Source: a virus (taxonomy: Duplodnaviria; Caudoviricetes). Taken from it: a stretch of 64,000 nt of DNA. The notes under the pieces were generated by a model that searched no databases, had not been told where the DNA came from, and was given only the letters and a program-made list of their open reading frames with translations. Where the stretch lies: positions 2,204 to 66,203 of the IMG/VR virus record IMGVR_UViG_3300030332_001412; one strand, written 5' to 3'. The translations under genes were made by a program, and so were the position numbers. This document shows, in pieces, positions 54,604 to 63,398 of this stretch; positions within the stretch are counted from its first letter, which is position 1, and each line of letters begins with the position of its first letter.

Positions 54604-54842
54604 GCGATGATCCAGATCAGCAAGGCCAGCGCGGCGATGATCGACCAAGCGAGCGCGCGGGCTTGATAGAATTCGACCGGCCACCAGAGGCCCCGGCGGG
54701 CAAAGCCACCCCGGGCGTGCGCGCCATTGCGCGTCCACTTGGTGATTGGCTGGCCGGTGGTCCGGTAGAACGACCAATCGTCGCGCCTGATGACCTGAAA
54801 GTGCCAGCACCAGAAGCGCCAGTTAATCCAGAGATTGCTCAT
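54600..54842 (-). CDS. Hypothetical membrane protein
   Basis: NLWINWRFWCWHFQ; C-terminal TM. Confidence 0.6.
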   Translation of the reverse strand: MSNLWINWRFWCWHFQVIRRDDWSFYRTTGQPITKWTRNGAHARGGFARRGLWWPVEFYQARALAWSIIAALALLIWIIA

Positions 54843-54973
54843 TGCCCTACCCTCCTGCAGGCGATCTTGCGCCAGCCGATCCCGAAGATACCGACCGGCC
54901 CGATGTCGAGCGCCCAGATCGCGCCAGCGCGCAAGAAGCTGATGGGCCCGAGTTTCCAGATATATTCATCCAT
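54839..54973 (-). CDS. Hypothetical microprotein
   Basis: SD AAGGAG before ATG 54973. Confidence 0.45.
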   Translation of the reverse strand: MDEYIWKLGPISFLRAGAIWALDIGPVGIFGIGWRKIACRRVGQ

Positions 54974-55304
54974 GGCGTTTCTCCTTGACCATGTGGTCGG
55001 CCAGTTCGGCATCGGCCTCAAGCCCCTTGCGCCGGAATAGCCACGCCGGACCCTCAATTGCCAAGAGCGTCCCGAATGATAGCACGGTGCCCCGGGGGCG
55101 ATCAGCGCCATCGCGGTGCCGAACCTCGAATTCCTCGACTATCTCAATGCGCGAGCGCGGGAGCCAAATGTCCAGCCGGGCGGCCTCATGCGATAGGTCG
55201 CTGGTGCTGACTTGAATCCCCTGCCGGGTGCTGGCGTGGAGCCAGAGCAGGCGGCGCACGGTGGCGGTTGGCCCGCAGCTCACCGGCTTTCCCTCCCGCT
55301 CCAT
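54966..55304 (-). CDS. Hypothetical protein
   Basis: DIWLPRSRIEI...LAIEGPAWLFRRKGL. Confidence 0.6.
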   Translation of the reverse strand: MEREGKPVSCGPTATVRRLLWLHASTRQGIQVSTSDLSHEAARLDIWLPRSRIEIVEEFEVRHRDGADRPRGTVLSFGTLLAIEGPAWLFRRKGLEADAELADHMVKEKRHG

Positions 55305-55495
55305 GGTTTGAACATTGGCTCAAGCGGTGCTTTGCCAATCGCCCGGCAATTCGCGCACATCAGCCGGGTCTCGACATCGGCCAGCGAGGTGATGTCGATC
55401 CAATTATGGTCCGGGCCGAAATGGCAGGCCAGAATGATCTCGGGCGGCACTTGGTCGGGGTCGTTTTCGTCGATCCTGATCTTGCTCGCGTCCAT
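55280..55495 (-). CDS. Hypothetical protein
   Basis: TGATG coupling; CANC. Confidence 0.5.
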   Translation of the reverse strand: MDASKIRIDENDPDQVPPEIILACHFGPDHNWIDITSLADVETRLMCANCRAIGKAPLEPMFKPWSGRESR

Positions 55496-56049
55496 CAGAT
55501 TTCCCCTTTGAACCAAGGGCGGATCAGCTTGGCCAGCAGATACTCGATCAATTGCGCATCGCCGCGCTGCATCAGATCGGCAATCGTGCGCTTATCGGCC
55601 AACAGCACCGCCCGCCCATCGGGTCGCCTGACCTCGAAACGATAGCGGTCGCCCAAATCTCTCGGCTCGGCACTGGTGGCGAACAGTTCGATGACCGTGC
55701 TGGCGTCGAGCAGGACGACGCTTTCGGTCGATGGGCCAAGCGATGACAGGGAGCGGGGTGGCTGGACCCTGTAGGGGCGCCCCGCTTCCGCGACCTCAAT
55801 GAACGTCGCCTCGTCGATCAGGTGCGAGGCAATCTCGCGCGCGAACGCGGACTCGCGGCCAAGCAGGGTGATGATGCGGTCGGCCCAATCGACCAGATCG
55901 CGCTCGACCCCCTGTCGGCGACTTCTCTCGCGGCCAGCGGCCTCCCAATGCTTTGTGGCGACAAACCCAAGCCGCTCGATTTCCTTGGCCAGCCGGGCGC
56001 GTTCCTCGCGGTGCTGGCGCTTCTGATTTCGTCCGTATCGCTTACCCAT
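55495..56049 (-). CDS. Hypothetical protein
   Basis: MGKRYGRNQKR start, operon position. Confidence 0.65.
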   Translation of the reverse strand: MGKRYGRNQKRQHREERARLAKEIERLGFVATKHWEAAGRERSRRQGVERDLVDWADRIITLLGRESAFAREIASHLIDEATFIEVAEAGRPYRVQPPRSLSSLGPSTESVVLLDASTVIELFATSAEPRDLGDRYRFEVRRPDGRAVLLADKRTIADLMQRGDAQLIEYLLAKLIRPWFKGEI

Positions 56050-56185
56050 GATCGCGGTCCTTTCGGCACCCCGGGCACCGGCCCCTGAAGGGGGCGCGGC
56101 GTTGCGGGTTGCACTTATGGCAAAGGTGGTGGGGCAGGGGGCGCAAGATCGCCCGAGCGACCGCGCTATCGAGCGGGGCCGTCAT
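56042..56185 (-). CDS. Zn-finger microprotein
   Basis: CHKC...CPGC; overlaps both neighbours. Confidence 0.4.
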   Translation of the reverse strand: MTAPLDSAVARAILRPLPHHLCHKCNPQRRAPFRGRCPGCRKDRDHG

Positions 56186-56555
56186 TGCCTGCCCTTTCGC
56201 GATAGTGCGCCTCGCACGCCAGCACATCGGCCTCGGCGACGGGTATCTCGGGCGGCGGCTGTCCGGGCCGCCAGCCGTCGTGCGCGGCGACGCTGATCGC
56301 CAGAGCGTCCGCGTGGCTATATCGCCCGGCGGCCTCGACCGCGATGCAATAGCCCGAGCGCCCCGGCTTCCACCATGCCCGATGCTCATTCGACCAGATC
56401 AGGAATTTCTCGGCGGTCAGGTGGCTTTCAATCGCGTCGATCAGGGCGTCCGTGCATTCCGCGCATTCGGCGGGGCTATCATCATACCCCAAGAGCGGCC
56501 CGGCGACCGTGCATCCCCGCCGCCACTCGGCGATCATTTCGAGCGGGCGCATCAT
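56166..56555 (-). CDS. Hypothetical protein
   Basis: FLIWSNEHRAWWKPGRSGY...AGRYS conserved-looking motif. Confidence 0.65.
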   Translation of the reverse strand: MMRPLEMIAEWRRGCTVAGPLLGYDDSPAECAECTDALIDAIESHLTAEKFLIWSNEHRAWWKPGRSGYCIAVEAAGRYSHADALAISVAAHDGWRPGQPPPEIPVAEADVLACEAHYRERAGNDGPAR

Positions 56556-56839
56556 CTGTCCCCTCGATCTGGCGCATGGATGGTCGGCAGGCCCCGATTG
56601 ATGCGCTCGGCGTCCTCAATGGCGTTGCGCAGCAAGCGGATATGTTCCTCGATTTCATCGCGGTCCAAGATCGAGATGCAGGCCTTGCCGGTGCCGGGGT
56701 TGGACTGAACGATCGCGGCGAATGAGCCCTCGACCAAGCTGATCGTATGGATGGCCGACTCAGTCATCACATCGCAATCGGCCTGACCGCTATGGGTCGG
56801 CGCGCTGATCACGGCGGGCACGGTGCGGGGTCTATTCAT
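56552..56839 (-). CDS. Hypothetical protein
   Basis: TAATG coupling. Confidence 0.5.
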   Translation of the reverse strand: MNRPRTVPAVISAPTHSGQADCDVMTESAIHTISLVEGSFAAIVQSNPGTGKACISILDRDEIEEHIRLLRNAIEDAERINRGLPTIHAPDRGDR

Positions 56840-57228
56840 TATCGTCTCCCTTCGGGGCGGTGCCATTGCACCAGTTTGCGGAAATCATCGGACAGATCGC
56901 CCGCCTCGTTGAAGGCCTCGAAATCGTCGTCGAGCCAATCGGGGTCGTTCCCCTGCTGGAAAGCGCGCCGGACATAGAGCGGCCATGGGTCGCGGCTATT
57001 GAGCGGGCGCCGATGATCGAACAGGCGTTCGCCGATGACGATGTGGACGGTTGCGCAATAGATCGACCCGTCGGCCTCGTCCTGTTCGATCAGGAACGAG
57101 CCCGGGCGGTTCGTCATGCGAAAGCCGGGGCGATTGCGGTCGTGGGCGATCAGCGCGAGTTGGCCGAGGCACTTGAGCAGATTGGCTTCATTGAAAAGAT
57201 CGCGGGGGATCTCGCGTCGATAGGTCAT
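56839..57228 (-). CDS. Conserved phage hypothetical protein
   Basis: MTYRREIPRDLFNEANLLKCLG; CCCACCACGGAG leader. Confidence 0.7.
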   Translation of the reverse strand: MTYRREIPRDLFNEANLLKCLGQLALIAHDRNRPGFRMTNRPGSFLIEQDEADGSIYCATVHIVIGERLFDHRRPLNSRDPWPLYVRRAFQQGNDPDWLDDDFEAFNEAGDLSDDFRKLVQWHRPEGRR

Positions 57229-57279
57229 TTCCTGATTTTCCTCCGTGGTGGGAATGCGGCGTTTGCCATCAGCCCGGGC

Positions 57280-57534
57280 TCATAGCAACAGGCCAGGCGG
57301 TGCGGACGGCCGATCTGGGCCATCGCTTTCGGGGAGTGCCGGCTCCTTTGGCGAGGCGGCCCGATGATGCTTAAGGCAGCGCCAAGGCCCGGCCATCCCG
57401 TCGTGGCTATAGGACGGGTGCCGGGCGTCGCAATCGGCGCAGCGGTCGGGCTTCCATGGCACGAACGGCTCCCGATCTGGCCGGGGCCGATAGTTGCGCG
57501 GCAAGGGCGCGCGTCGATCATCGTAGCGACCCAT
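57280..57534 (-). CDS. Hypothetical protein
   Basis: CADC...WRCLKH; TGATG coupling. Confidence 0.5.
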   Translation of the reverse strand: MGRYDDRRAPLPRNYRPRPDREPFVPWKPDRCADCDARHPSYSHDGMAGPWRCLKHHRAASPKEPALPESDGPDRPSAPPGLLL

Positions 57535-57752
57535 CAGGGCGCGGTGGCGATCATCACCATGGCGAGCGCCCAGACGATGGCGATGCCAGCGACCGCGATG
57601 GCGATGCGCTTGCTCGTCCGCTGTTCCTGCGCCTTGAGGCTTTCGGCTGTCAGCGTGCGGCAAACGGGGCAGCGGATATAGCGCGACGGATAGGCGAAAT
57701 TGCATTCGTCGCAGACGACCTCGCCATCATGGGGCGGGACGACCCGGCTCAA
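57534..57752 (-). CDS. Zn-ribbon plus C-terminal TM protein
   Basis: CDEC...CPVC, hydrophobic tail; TTG 57752. Confidence 0.5.
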   Translation of the reverse strand: MSRVVPPHDGEVVCDECNFAYPSRYIRCPVCRTLTAESLKAQEQRTSKRIAIAVAGIAIVWALAMVMIATAP

Positions 57753-58273
57753 TTGACCGACCCCTGCGCTTCGGGTTGCATCTCGCTGCCCGGGATGCGC
57801 GCGACGAACGCGGGCCTCGTCGGCGTCGGTTGAAAGCCCCATTGCCGCAACTGATGGGCGAGGCCTTCCAAGCCGCTCGGCCAGAACATCGGCTTGCCGA
57901 TGGGGCCGTGGTTCCGGCCTTCGATATAATCGGTCAGCCATCGCTCCATCCCCTTCGACTCCGGGGTTTTGATGGGCGAGTTCATGATGCGCAGCAAGCG
58001 GACGCACAGATTGGAGAGGGTCAGCTGTCCGGCGAATTGCTGCGCGTCCTTGAGGATCTGGGCGGCGGGGGGACAGCCGGGCAGATAATGGCCGCGCTCG
58101 TTGAGCAAGTGCAAGATCGCATCGCTAATCTGTTCGGGCCGCTGCATTTCCGTTGCGATCAACAGGTCGCGCAATTCATCGCGCAGCGATGGTGGGCTCT
58201 GATCATCAGGCTTGGCGGGTTCCGGGGTGGTATGGCCAGCGAGGAAATCGGGGAGGTCGGGGAGGTCGGTCAT
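57749..58273 (-). CDS. Hypothetical protein
   Basis: ATGA coupling; MTDLPDLPDF... Confidence 0.6.
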   Translation of the reverse strand: MTDLPDLPDFLAGHTTPEPAKPDDQSPPSLRDELRDLLIATEMQRPEQISDAILHLLNERGHYLPGCPPAAQILKDAQQFAGQLTLSNLCVRLLRIMNSPIKTPESKGMERWLTDYIEGRNHGPIGKPMFWPSGLEGLAHQLRQWGFQPTPTRPAFVARIPGSEMQPEAQGSVN

Positions 58274-58788
58274 TGCTCGGTTCCTTCGATCCAGTTGATC
58301 AGTTGTTCGAATTCGGCCTCGGCCAGCCATTCGGCGCGGGTCTTGCGTTCGGCGATGAACATCGCGGCCTTTTGCACGAAGTCGCGGACCTGTTCGGCCT
58401 CGTCCTCTTGCCCGGCGAAATAGTCGAGGTAGCGCAGCACATCGGCGGCGGTCGGCGTGCCATAAGCCTCGGCCATGACATCGACGCGACCAGTGCCATT
58501 GCAGCGCGCGCATTTGCCGCCCCGGCATTCCTTCCCGCTGCCGGGTGGGTCGCATTCGGGACAATCGCCCCTGATCGGTTGCCACTGGCATTCGGTCGAA
58601 AGCACATGGCGGCCATCGTCCAGCCGGATGATCGCGCGGCCCGGGGCCTCGGCGTCCTCGCGCACGAAAGTGCCCTCAATGATCTGGCTGCTGTCGTAAT
58701 CGAAAGAGACCCGCGCCCGGACCCCCGCATAGGGCCCCTGCTTGGGGAAGGTGGTGGCGGTGATATTGCTCTCGGTGCCCATGTTCAT
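58270..58788 (-). CDS. Hypothetical protein (SH3-like N-terminus, DnaJ-type Zn finger)
   Basis: FPKQG...RARVSFDYD; CPEC...CRGGKCARCNGTG; CCCACCAAGGAG leader. Confidence 0.65.
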   Translation of the reverse strand: MNMGTESNITATTFPKQGPYAGVRARVSFDYDSSQIIEGTFVREDAEAPGRAIIRLDDGRHVLSTECQWQPIRGDCPECDPPGSGKECRGGKCARCNGTGRVDVMAEAYGTPTAADVLRYLDYFAGQEDEAEQVRDFVQKAAMFIAERKTRAEWLAEAEFEQLINWIEGTEQ

Positions 58789-59042
58789 TGCTCCTTGGTG
58801 GGTTCGACGAGGACTGACCAGACCTCGAAATCGGGGTAATCGCGCGCAAAGTCCTCCTTTGCAAGTGAGGCGGCGCCCGCCTCCCCGCCAGCCTGGACGA
58901 TGACGAGCCGGTGCTTCAGCTTGCGCGACGGGCGCTCGACCTCGCGGCTGTGGCCATCGACCAGCGCGACGACGGTGTGCGGCTTGCCGTGCCCGATGAT
59001 TGAAACGGCAAAGCGCGGGTCAGGGGGCGTCTCTCGCATCAA
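58785..59042 (-). CDS. Hypothetical protein
   Basis: Operon position, overlapping neighbours. Confidence 0.55.
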   Translation of the reverse strand: MMRETPPDPRFAVSIIGHGKPHTVVALVDGHSREVERPSRKLKHRLVIVQAGGEAGAASLAKEDFARDYPDFEVWSVLVEPTKEQ

Positions 59043-60181
59043 TCGTGCCGCTTTCCGTCATCGGCCTGCGCTGGCCAGAAGGTATATCCATTGATCGAGA
59101 CGGGCCGCTCGGGGTCGAACAGCGGGTCGGGGGTCGAGATCCGGAAGGCTACCAGATCGGCCACCCCGGCACGATTCCAGCGCGCGGGGGCGACATCGGC
59201 CTCCGGTCCATCAAGCCCGCATTGCTTGGCGTTCATCACCAGCAGCAAGCCGCGATCGTCCTCGACCGCATAGCGCACCGCGCCTGATCGCTTGATGATG
59301 ACCGCCCTGATCTGGCCGTCGAAATCATAGTCGCCGCTGCGCTTCTGGACGCGCCGACCGATGTGCGTGCCTGGCCGGGCCCCGCGCTTCGGGTCGCCGA
59401 TCTGGTCCGGGTGGGCGTGCTTGAGGAATTCGCTCGCCCACGACAGATCGCCAGCGGGCCGGACGTTGCTCGGCTCGGGCTGGCCGCGCCTGATCGGTAT
59501 GGCCCGGCGCTCGGCTTGCTCGCGCGATGCGACGTTCGGCAGATCGATGCGCACCGGTTCCTCGTCGCCATGCGGGCCCAGATCGACCGGCTCGTTGAGG
59601 TGCTTGGCCAGATCGTCGAATGAGCCCTCGTCGATCCCCTTGATCGTCTCGCCATCGACTATCGCGAGACTGATCTGGCGCAAGACCTCGGCGGGGTTCT
59701 GGTTCATCAGCCATTGCTCCAGCTTGTCGGCCATCGTGGCATTGCGTTTCGATTTCGCCGCTGCTTGAGCGCGACCATAGCGATCGCAGCGCGCGGCAGC
59801 GGCCATTTCCCGTTCGTAATGATGCGCCTCATAGGAACGGAACAAGGCCGACGCCTCGGCGATCAGATCAGCCGCCGCACGGAACCGCTCGGTCCAATGA
59901 TCCTGTTCCTCGCGATGGATGGCCCCGAGATAGGCCTTGAGCCCCCGGGCGGCGGCCTCGGTTGATTCCGCACCGCGCAGCAAGGCGATGATCTGGTCCG
60001 TCACCTCGTCATCAGTGCCCGGCTCAAGCACCCACGCGGCCCCGGCCATGAAGGCGTCGATCATCCGCTGCTCGACGCTTGCCCGGCCAACTTGAGGCGG
60101 GATCGGCTCGCGATTTCCTACATCGGCCAGCCATTCGCCAGCCGCCTTACGCGCACGCGCGCACGCGAGATTGTCGCTCAT
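59039..60181 (-). CDS. Mosaic hypothetical protein with DfrB-like SH3 segment
   Basis: IGRRVQKRSGDYDFDGQIRAV...RYAVEDDRG. Confidence 0.55.
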   Translation of the reverse strand: MSDNLACARARKAAGEWLADVGNREPIPPQVGRASVEQRMIDAFMAGAAWVLEPGTDDEVTDQIIALLRGAESTEAAARGLKAYLGAIHREEQDHWTERFRAAADLIAEASALFRSYEAHHYEREMAAAARCDRYGRAQAAAKSKRNATMADKLEQWLMNQNPAEVLRQISLAIVDGETIKGIDEGSFDDLAKHLNEPVDLGPHGDEEPVRIDLPNVASREQAERRAIPIRRGQPEPSNVRPAGDLSWASEFLKHAHPDQIGDPKRGARPGTHIGRRVQKRSGDYDFDGQIRAVIIKRSGAVRYAVEDDRGLLLVMNAKQCGLDGPEADVAPARWNRAGVADLVAFRISTPDPLFDPERPVSINGYTFWPAQADDGKRHD

Positions 60182-60546
60182 ATCTTGGTCCTTTCATGTG
60201 GGCGGTCGGCCCCATCGGCCTCACCCCCTTGTAATAATCTTGCGCCAGTGGGGCTTTGCCCCTCTCCCCGGCTCTCCCCTATCGGGTGTCCTTCCCGGCG
60301 CAGGCGGTATCGTGCGCGCTGGCCCTTCTTGCCTGTCTGCCCGGCTTGAGCGCGGAGGCGTGCAAGGCGCATGGCTTCCCGCTTATCGCTCTCCCCGGGC
60401 TTTCCGACATCGGTGCCTCGATGTTTGATCGCGCAATCGGCGTGCTGGACGCGCCAGCCGCCCCCGGGCTTTCGCTCAAAGTGCCCTTCGCCAGCGGGGC
60501 AATGTTCGCCGCAGCGATAGCAAGTGCCGGGGTGCTTGTTCCTCAT
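60178..60546 (-). CDS. Hypothetical protein
   Basis: MRNKHPGTCYRCG...HFER...WRVQHADC. Confidence 0.7.
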   Translation of the reverse strand: MRNKHPGTCYRCGEHCPAGEGHFERKPGGGWRVQHADCAIKHRGTDVGKPGESDKREAMRLARLRAQAGQTGKKGQRARYRLRREGHPIGESRGEGQSPTGARLLQGGEADGADRPHERTKI

Positions 60547-61169
60547 CGGTCGATGTTCCGTTCCTCGACGGTGAAGGTGAGGGCGACCAGATCAGGATTG
60601 TCGGCCCATCGCTCGCCGGGCTTGTCGTGGAGGCTGTCCCACAGGTCCATGAACCAGTCGCGGGCGGCATCCAGATGCACGTCGGGGTCGGTGCTGATTT
60701 TCGGCACCATCCAATGCCCTTCGGCGCGGGCGTCCTCGCGGCTGATCGATTGCAATGGCATCAGGCGCACATCGGTGACGGTCAGGGTGAGGCGCGAGGC
60801 CCATCGGGGCATGTGGATGGACGGCACCCATGGGCCAGCGAACGGGAGATCGAAATCGAGTTCGTTCGATTGGGTCGAAAGGTTCTTTCGGTCTTGGCCC
60901 GCCTTGGTGCCGTAGCTGGCGATCTGGCCCCATTGCTCGCCAGCCTCGGGGGTCTGGTCCAGATCGATGCGCCGGCCATCGGCGCGGCACTGGTAGAAAT
61001 CCCACCCGTCATCGTTCTCGGCGGCGCGGAAAGTCTCGCGGACCCACAGGCGGTCGCCTGGCTCAGATTGCGCGAGCGGGCTTGAGGCGAGGCGTCGGGT
61101 CTGGGTCTTGCGGCCATCGACGAGCGCACAGATCATCGGGCCCGAGAAAATGATACCGCGATCAGTCAT
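60543..61169 (-). CDS. ASCH/PUA-like protein
   Basis: IIFSGPMICALVDGRKTQTRR, GDRLWVRETF, PSIHMPRWASRLTL.VTDVR...LQSIS. Confidence 0.8.
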   Translation of the reverse strand: MTDRGIIFSGPMICALVDGRKTQTRRLASSPLAQSEPGDRLWVRETFRAAENDDGWDFYQCRADGRRIDLDQTPEAGEQWGQIASYGTKAGQDRKNLSTQSNELDFDLPFAGPWVPSIHMPRWASRLTLTVTDVRLMPLQSISREDARAEGHWMVPKISTDPDVHLDAARDWFMDLWDSLHDKPGERWADNPDLVALTFTVEERNIDR

Positions 61170-61446
61170 AGTCGGGTTCCTCCGGTTCGTTGGTGGCGGG
61201 GTCGCTCAGGACTTCATCGTCGAAGCGTTCGGCCTCGGCATCGGTCAGGGTGACGCGGGGGGCCTTGGGGTCATTGGCATCGGCCAGTAGCCAAGCGTCC
61301 GTGATGGTGATTTCCGGGGGCTCGCCCGGGTCATAGTCCTCGGGCAGTCCGAACAGGCCAGAGGGCGCCGAGCCACCGCGGATTTCGTAATCGACCTCAA
61401 GTTCCGTCTCGCCATCATCGCGCACGAATATTCGGGTGCGGGTCAT
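61162..61446 (-). CDS. Acidic hypothetical protein
   Basis: GLFGLPEDYDPGEPPE. Confidence 0.6.
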   Translation of the reverse strand: MTRTRIFVRDDGETELEVDYEIRGGSAPSGLFGLPEDYDPGEPPEITITDAWLLADANDPKAPRVTLTDAEAERFDDEVLSDPATNEPEEPDYD

Positions 61447-61739
61447 CGGATGCACTCCCCGTCGAGGCGGTCGGCCTTATCGGCGGCGTCGATCAGGTCT
61501 TGGGCGATCTTGCGGGCAATCTCAGGCGTGGTCATGGACGGAAAGTTCATCCCGCTGCGCTGCCGCATGGCGATGATGACGGCCGATTTCGTTTGCCCGA
61601 TCTGATCACCAGAGGCGGTCCCGATACCAACCAGATCGCCTTTGCTATCCGGCGAGACGACTTCGCCAATGCTCGGGTCGAGCATTATGACCTCGCGGCC
61701 AGTCAGTTCGGGTGCGAGAAAAATATCTTCCTGTGCCAT
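61443..61739 (-). CDS. Hypothetical protein
   Basis: SD GAAAGGA before ATG 61739. Confidence 0.6.
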   Translation of the reverse strand: MAQEDIFLAPELTGREVIMLDPSIGEVVSPDSKGDLVGIGTASGDQIGQTKSAVIIAMRQRSGMNFPSMTTPEIARKIAQDLIDAADKADRLDGECIR

Positions 61740-61769
61740 GCGGCAATTTCCTTTCGTGCGGTGGGGTTC

Positions 61770-62861
61770 TCACCAAGCATCGGCGAATCCGTGCTTGCGA
61801 GCGATTGCGGCGAGGCGGCCCGACCCGATCTGGTCCTTGAAGCGGGTCGCCGCTCCGGTGCCGTCGTCGCCAATCTGGAGAAGCTGACCGCCGCCCATCG
61901 CCTCGCTGATCGAGAAGCGGACGCGGTGGCACATCAGCGGATAGGTGCCGGGCCCGAAGTGGGCCAGCAAGGCCTCCCGGATGGGCCTGACCCCATCGGG
62001 CTCGCCATCGAACAGGAGGATTGGTGCATCCGGCGCCCGATAGGTCTTGGTGGGGCTCGCGCCGGTTCGGGCGTGCTGGTGCCTGACCTTGGCGTCGAAG
62101 CGCCTGAGCGACGAGGTATGATCTTGGCTTTGCGAAATGACCGCCCGGATGGTGGGCAGGATCGTGCCTTCCAGATCGATACCGGCGTCGAGCCATTCGC
62201 GGGTCAGATCGTAGGCGTCGGCGATCCGCCGGGCATCGGTGGGCACAAAGCCAGCCGCCGCACTGATCGCTTGCCACGCCTTTTCGATCTGGCCCCCCCT
62301 ACCCAATGAGTCCGACGTTCGATCGTTAGACTCTGAGTTCTGAGACTCTGTCGCGCGCGCACGCGAAGGGATTTTTGCGTCCGCATCTTCGGAAATGGCG
62401 GAACTCTGGGATTTCTTCGATTTTTCGCGGCCACTTAGTTGAGAATTATCTCGCTTTTTCGTGCGGGTTTTCTTGCTGGATAAATTCGAGATATTCTCGT
62501 CGAAAGGCAATTCGGCATCATCGCCATGCCACCGGGCGATGGCTGCGGAGCGGGCCTGATCTGATTTCTTCGACCGCTCGCCGACCTCTTCGATCATGCG
62601 GCGATTGCCAAGGAGGCCGTTGCGGCTTTCCAGCTTGCCCAGATCGATCAGCTTGTCGATGATCTGGCCGCAATGGCGGGTCGAGCGACAGCCAGCCCGG
62701 CCAGCGAGCCATCGGCGGTCGTCCTCAATGGGCGCACCGCGCTCGGCGATCAGGAAAAGCACCACCGCATAGACCCCGATCTGCTCGGCGGTCATATTGG
62801 CGGCACCCACCCCTTGCAGGAAATCGCCGGTATAGACTTTGATCCAAGGCGCGTCAGCCAC
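61770..62861 (-). CDS. Replication initiator (DUF1376/YdaU-like, lambda O-type)
   Basis: PWIKVYTGDFL...MTAEQIGVY..L N-terminal wHTH; low-complexity linker; helical C-domain. Confidence 0.75.
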   Translation of the reverse strand: MADAPWIKVYTGDFLQGVGAANMTAEQIGVYAVVLFLIAERGAPIEDDRRWLAGRAGCRSTRHCGQIIDKLIDLGKLESRNGLLGNRRMIEEVGERSKKSDQARSAAIARWHGDDAELPFDENISNLSSKKTRTKKRDNSQLSGREKSKKSQSSAISEDADAKIPSRARATESQNSESNDRTSDSLGRGGQIEKAWQAISAAAGFVPTDARRIADAYDLTREWLDAGIDLEGTILPTIRAVISQSQDHTSSLRRFDAKVRHQHARTGASPTKTYRAPDAPILLFDGEPDGVRPIREALLAHFGPGTYPLMCHRVRFSISEAMGGGQLLQIGDDGTGAATRFKDQIGSGRLAAIARKHGFADAW

Positions 62862-63054
62862 AGGCAGGGCCTCTGGCGGGGGCGTCTGGCATTCGGATAA
62901 TCAAGGCTGGCTCCCCGGCGGTTCTGTGGTGGTCGAGGCCCTGTTGGCCGACGGACTTGAGTCGGAGCAACCCCCGGATGGGGACAGCTGATGCAATCGG
63001 GCGTCCAGGCGGGCGGGAAAACGCAGAATTATTTGCGCCTTAACCGTTATTCGC

Positions 63055-63083
63055 TTCGCTGCAATGGTTGCAGCCGCTATACG
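63055..63083 (+). promoter_or_regulatory. Promoter with perfect 15-bp operator
   Basis: TTCGCT-17bp-TATACG; CTGCAA-TGG-TTGCAG at 63059-63073. Confidence 0.7.
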
Positions 63084-63122
63084 AAGGACATCGGAAACGA
63101 AGCCCGCCACAGAGATAAAAAC

Positions 63123-63374
63123 ATGACCCGCACGGATACCACTTTCGCCTGCCCCCGGACCCGCCAGATGGACCGCCGCGTTTTCCGCTGGTGGTTCACC
63201 GAGGTGGTCCGCGAGGAGGTCGCCAACGACAACATGGACGCCGCCGCTTGGTGCGCGATGATGTCGGACGTTGCCGCCTCTTGGGCCGACCGCCCCGCCT
63301 TCGCCGCCCATCGCGCCGATGTGATGGCACAGGTCCAGCGGGTCCGCCGCGAAAACCGCCCCGCCGCTGTCTAA
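63123..63374 (+). CDS. Hypothetical protein
   Basis: First gene after promoter, ATG 63123. Confidence 0.55.
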   Translation: MTRTDTTFACPRTRQMDRRVFRWWFTEVVREEVANDNMDAAAWCAMMSDVAASWADRPAFAAHRADVMAQVQRVRRENRPAAV

Positions 63375-63398
63375 CCCACCCCACCACGGAGAAGCCCC

